From the NCBI RefSeq assembly GCF_006345805.1, contig NC_042997.1:30814001-30878000 (forward strand): 64,000 nucleotides of DNA. The letters are read 5' to 3'. The notes beneath the pieces are model-generated. The model searched no databases. It was not told the origin of the DNA and saw nothing but the letters and a program-made list of their open reading frames with translations. The translations under genes and the position numbers were made by a program. Numbering within the stretch: the first letter of the stretch is position 1; every line of letters begins with the position of its first letter. This DNA is from Octopus sinensis (lineage: Eukaryota). Below are positions 60,604 to 64,000 of the stretch, piece after piece.

Positions 60604-61329
60604 CAACATATAATGTAACCATATGTGAATTGGTGATTTTTTTCCTCCGTCTTCCTCTTCTCTTGGACTTTCCTCTGTCTCCTTTCTAAAGAAGAGCTTT
60701 GCTCGAAATGTAAAACCACCTTTCTTTCCTTCCCTGAGCATCTGCTAATACTTTACATGTACCTTGTCCTTGTTGTGTTGCTTTTTTGTATTTGTTCTTC
60801 ATTTTTAGGGATTACTATATATATATATGGGGGTGGTGGTCTGTTTGTGTTTGTCCCTAACTCCACTTGACAACCAGTGTTGGTATGTTTACATTCCTGT
60901 AACTTAGCAGTTTGGCAAAGGAGACCAATAGAATAAATACCAGGCTTAAAAAGAAAATATGTACTGGGGTCAATTAGATTGACTAAAATTTCTCAAGGCA
61001 GTGCCCTAGCATGGCCACAGTCTGATGACTGAAACAACAGCTAACGACAAGCAAATATTGCAAGCCCAGCACTCAACCTTTACTGTTGTCTTACCATCAA
61101 AATACCTGGATTCTAATGAATCCTACAACTGAATGTGTTTGTGTGTAGTGTCTTTGTGTCTCTGTTTGACTCCCACCTCTGATTGACAACTGATATTAGT
61201 GTGTTTATGACCCCATAACTTAGTGGTTCACCAAAAAGAGACCAATAGTACCATTGGGGCCAATTCATTTGACTAAAAATTCTTTAAAGCAGTGCCCTAA
61301 CATGGCTGCTGTCTAATAACTAAAAACAA

Positions 61330-61617
61330 TAAACGTCGCCTTTTCAAGCCTAGCCAGGCTCATGGGCCTGGTTTCTGTGGTGTATGTGTTCCCCCAGCTG
61401 GACAGGACGCCAGTCCATCGCAGCGTTACTCAAGAAACAGGAAGAGAGAGTGAGAGAAAGTTGTGGCAAAAGAGTACAACAGGGGTTGCCAGCACTCCCT
61501 GCCGGAGCCTTGTGGAGCTTTTAGGTGTTTTCACTCAATAAACACACACAACGCCTGGTCTGGGAATTGAAACCACGATCCTCCGACTCCAAGTCCACTG
61601 GGCCATTGTGCCTCCAC
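61330..61617 (-). mobile_element. SINE family B head with V-domain-like 3' module
   Basis: Minus-strand gcgatggactggcgtcctgtccagctggg follows the shared body. Confidence 0.65.
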
Positions 61618-61780
61618 TCTAATAGCTAAAACAAAAGATAAAAGATAGATTATGTTTCTTTGTAGCATTAATCCTGTCTTTATAACATACCTACATTAAT
61701 GTGATGATCATAGTTTTTCTATTAGCAATGTTATTGAAGTGAACTTGTTTCTTGGTCTCCATTGCCCACCACTTATTCTG

Positions 61781-62425
61781 GTATCATCATCATCATCGTC
61801 CAACGTCCGCTTCCCATGCTTGCATAGGTTGGTCGGTCTGATTGAGGTCTGGAAAACCAGTGGCTGCACCAGGCTCCAATCTGATCTGGCAAGGTTTCTA
61901 CAGCTGGATGTCTTTCCTAATGCCCACCACTCCGAGAGTGTAGTGGATGCTTGTTACGTGCCACCGGCATGGGAGCCAGGCATGTGGAACTGGCATCGAC
62001 CTCATTTGGCTGGTGCTTTTTACGTGCCACCAGCATGGGAGCCAGTCAGGCGGCACTGGCATCGACCACGTTCGGATGGTGCTTATTATATGCCACCACA
62101 TGGGAGCCAATCAGGCGGCACTGGCATCAACCACGTTCGGATAGTGCTTTCTATGTGCCACCGACATGGGAGCCAGTCAGGTAGCACTGGCATCAACCAC
62201 GTTCAGATGGTGCTTTTTATATGTAACCAGCATGGGAGCCAGTCAGGTGGCACAGGCATTGACCACGTTTGGCTGGTGCTTTTGACGTGCCACCGACGTG
62301 GGAGCCAGTCAGGTAGCACTGGCATCAACCACGTTCAGATGGTGCTTTTTATATGCAACCAGCATGGGAGCCGTCAGGCGGCACTGGCATCGGCCATGTT
62401 CAGATGGTGCTTTTTATGTGCCACT
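61781..62425 (-). mobile_element. RTE 3'-end copy with 66-bp tandem array
   Basis: gggagcc recurs at 61971, 62037, 62102, 62168, 62234, 62300 and 62366. Confidence 0.8.
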
Positions 62426-62819
62426 GGCAGTGGTAACTATTAAATTATCTGTGGTAAGATGATGAGCTGGCTGAAACATTAACATGCTGGGCAGAATGCT
62501 TAGCAGCATTTTGTTTTTCTTTACATTCTGCTTGATTGCCACCAGGGCTGACTTTGCCTTTCTTCCTTTCGGGGTCAATAAAATTAATACCAGTTGAACA
62601 CTAGCGTCAATGTAATTGACTTACTGCCTCGCCAAAACTGCTGGCCTTGTGCCAAATTTTGAAACTAATATTCTTTTCTACTCTAGGCACAAGGCCCGAA
62701 ATTTTTTGGGGGTGGGGGAGTGCCAGTCAATTAGATCGACTCCAGTATGCAACTGGTACTTAATTTATCGACCTTGAAAGGATGAAAGGCAAAGTTGACC
62801 CCGGTGGAATTTGAACTTT

Positions 62820-63108
62820 GAGCGAGGTTGTTGCCAGTGCCACTGGACTGGCTCCTGTGCAGGTGGCACATAAAAAGCACCATTTGAGCGTGGCCGTTGC
62901 CAGTACCGCCTGACTGGCTCTTGTGCCGGTGGCACGTAAAAGCACCCACTACACTCTCGGAGAGGTTGGCATTAGGAAGGGCATCCAGCTGTAGAAACTC
63001 TACCAGATCAGATTGGAGTCTGGTGCAGCTATCTGGTTCGCCAGACCTCAGTCAAATCGTCCAACCCATGCTAGTGTGGAAAGCAGACGTTAAACAATGA
63101 TGATGATG
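62820..63108 (+). mobile_element. RTE 3'-end copy
   Basis: Tail consensus ending in (GAT)n. Confidence 0.75.
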
Positions 63109-63383
63109 GTGAATGTAAAGACAGATGAAATACCGCTAAGCATTTCACCTGGTGTGCTAATGTTTCTGCCGGCTCGCCACCTTAAAATTTGAAACTAATA
63201 TTAAATTCTCTGTGGGCTGGTGTTGATATAATTGGTTAAAAACTTGTTTTTTTTGTCCTATGTTCTGATATTTTTGCTGATTCATTGCCTATAAAACATT
63301 ATGAAAACAATGACATAGTTTTTTATATTTTTTTAAACTGTTGTTTTATTTCTCTTTTAACCATTTATTTCTTCCTCATTCAG

Positions 63384-63459
63384 GCTGTATTCCATCCCAA
63401 TGTAAAAGGGTTGTGTTGGACCACATGGTGACTACAGATGAAGCAAAATCTCTATTACT
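63384..63459 (+). CDS. OGFOD3: OGFOD3-like exon 3
   Basis: cattcag|GC acceptor and CT|gtgagt donor, phase 1/2. GCIPSQCKRVVLDHMVTTDEAKSLL matches OGFOD3 GCTPRKCGRGVTDVVITREEA as I recall it. The gene continues beyond the window. Confidence 0.85.
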
Positions 63460-64000
63460 GTGAGTTGGTTTCTTTTTATGTCCTTAAATGGAAAGAGCAA
63501 TGTGTATAATAAATGCATAGTCAGTTGACAAAATATGGTAATTAGGAGCAGAAAATTATTCCTTAAAATCATTCTACTTGTGATGGAAATGTAGGTCTTG
63601 AGCCAGTAATGCTACTTCTCTGTCATGTTCCAGCTTGCTAGAAATAGCAACCAAATCTCCTTCAAACCATGCTTTATCTTAAAAACTGAAAGACACATTG
63701 GATGATGTAGTCCCATTTATGCTGTGTTACGGCTGGAATGTATTTTGATCAGAGATATGCTTGTTCAGAAGCTGACCTAGGGCTAAACAGCAACAGCATG
63801 TTACAGATATTATGAATGGGCACAGCTGTTTGGGTATTGGCAATTTGGCATCGCTGACTGGTCATTGAGCCTGTTTTGGCAACAGTACTTTTAAGCACTA
63901 GAGGCAAACATACACACATACACACATGTATGCAGATATATACACATACAATTAGTAAAATAGAGAGAGAGAGAGAGAGAGAGACTTTACAGTTTATTAA

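Noticed and set aside
61739-62443. 234-aa repetitive ORF, and a possible CRISPR-like array
   Set aside because: 66-bp tandem units without unique spacers, inside an RTE tail in eukaryotic DNA.

Overview
Eukaryotic, AT-rich genomic DNA dense in microsatellites and retroposons. It is most consistent with an octopus or other coleoid genome; this is inferred from the SINE/LINE families I recognise and is not verified. Two intron-rich + strand genes can be rebuilt by hand with consistent splice phases. (1) The 3' part of a divergent FH1-FH2 formin-like gene: 9 coding exons at 509-36839, 1419 nt = 472 aa + stop, with the 5' end upstream of the window. (2) The first three coding exons of an OGFOD3 orthologue, from 45242 to beyond 63459. 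Most other sequence is tRNA-derived SINEs (at least 4 families), RTE and CR1/L2 LINE 3' ends, mariner and piggyBac relics, hAT/piggyBac/Tc1 MITEs, Helitron-like elements and simple repeats. Most long ORFs in the supplied track are artefacts of these repeats. Headline observation: several unrelated non-coding elements are built as divergent inverted dimers whose arms carry type-I hammerhead ribozyme (HHR) motifs with palindromic helix-III loops. Three motifs have intact cores and about ten are degenerate. They occur alongside Penelope-like GIY-YIG remnants, and one dimer is a head-to-head pair of a tRNA-headed SINE-like unit ending in an HHR-like motif. All structural and family calls were made by eye, with no database searches or folding computations; repeat boundaries are approximate.
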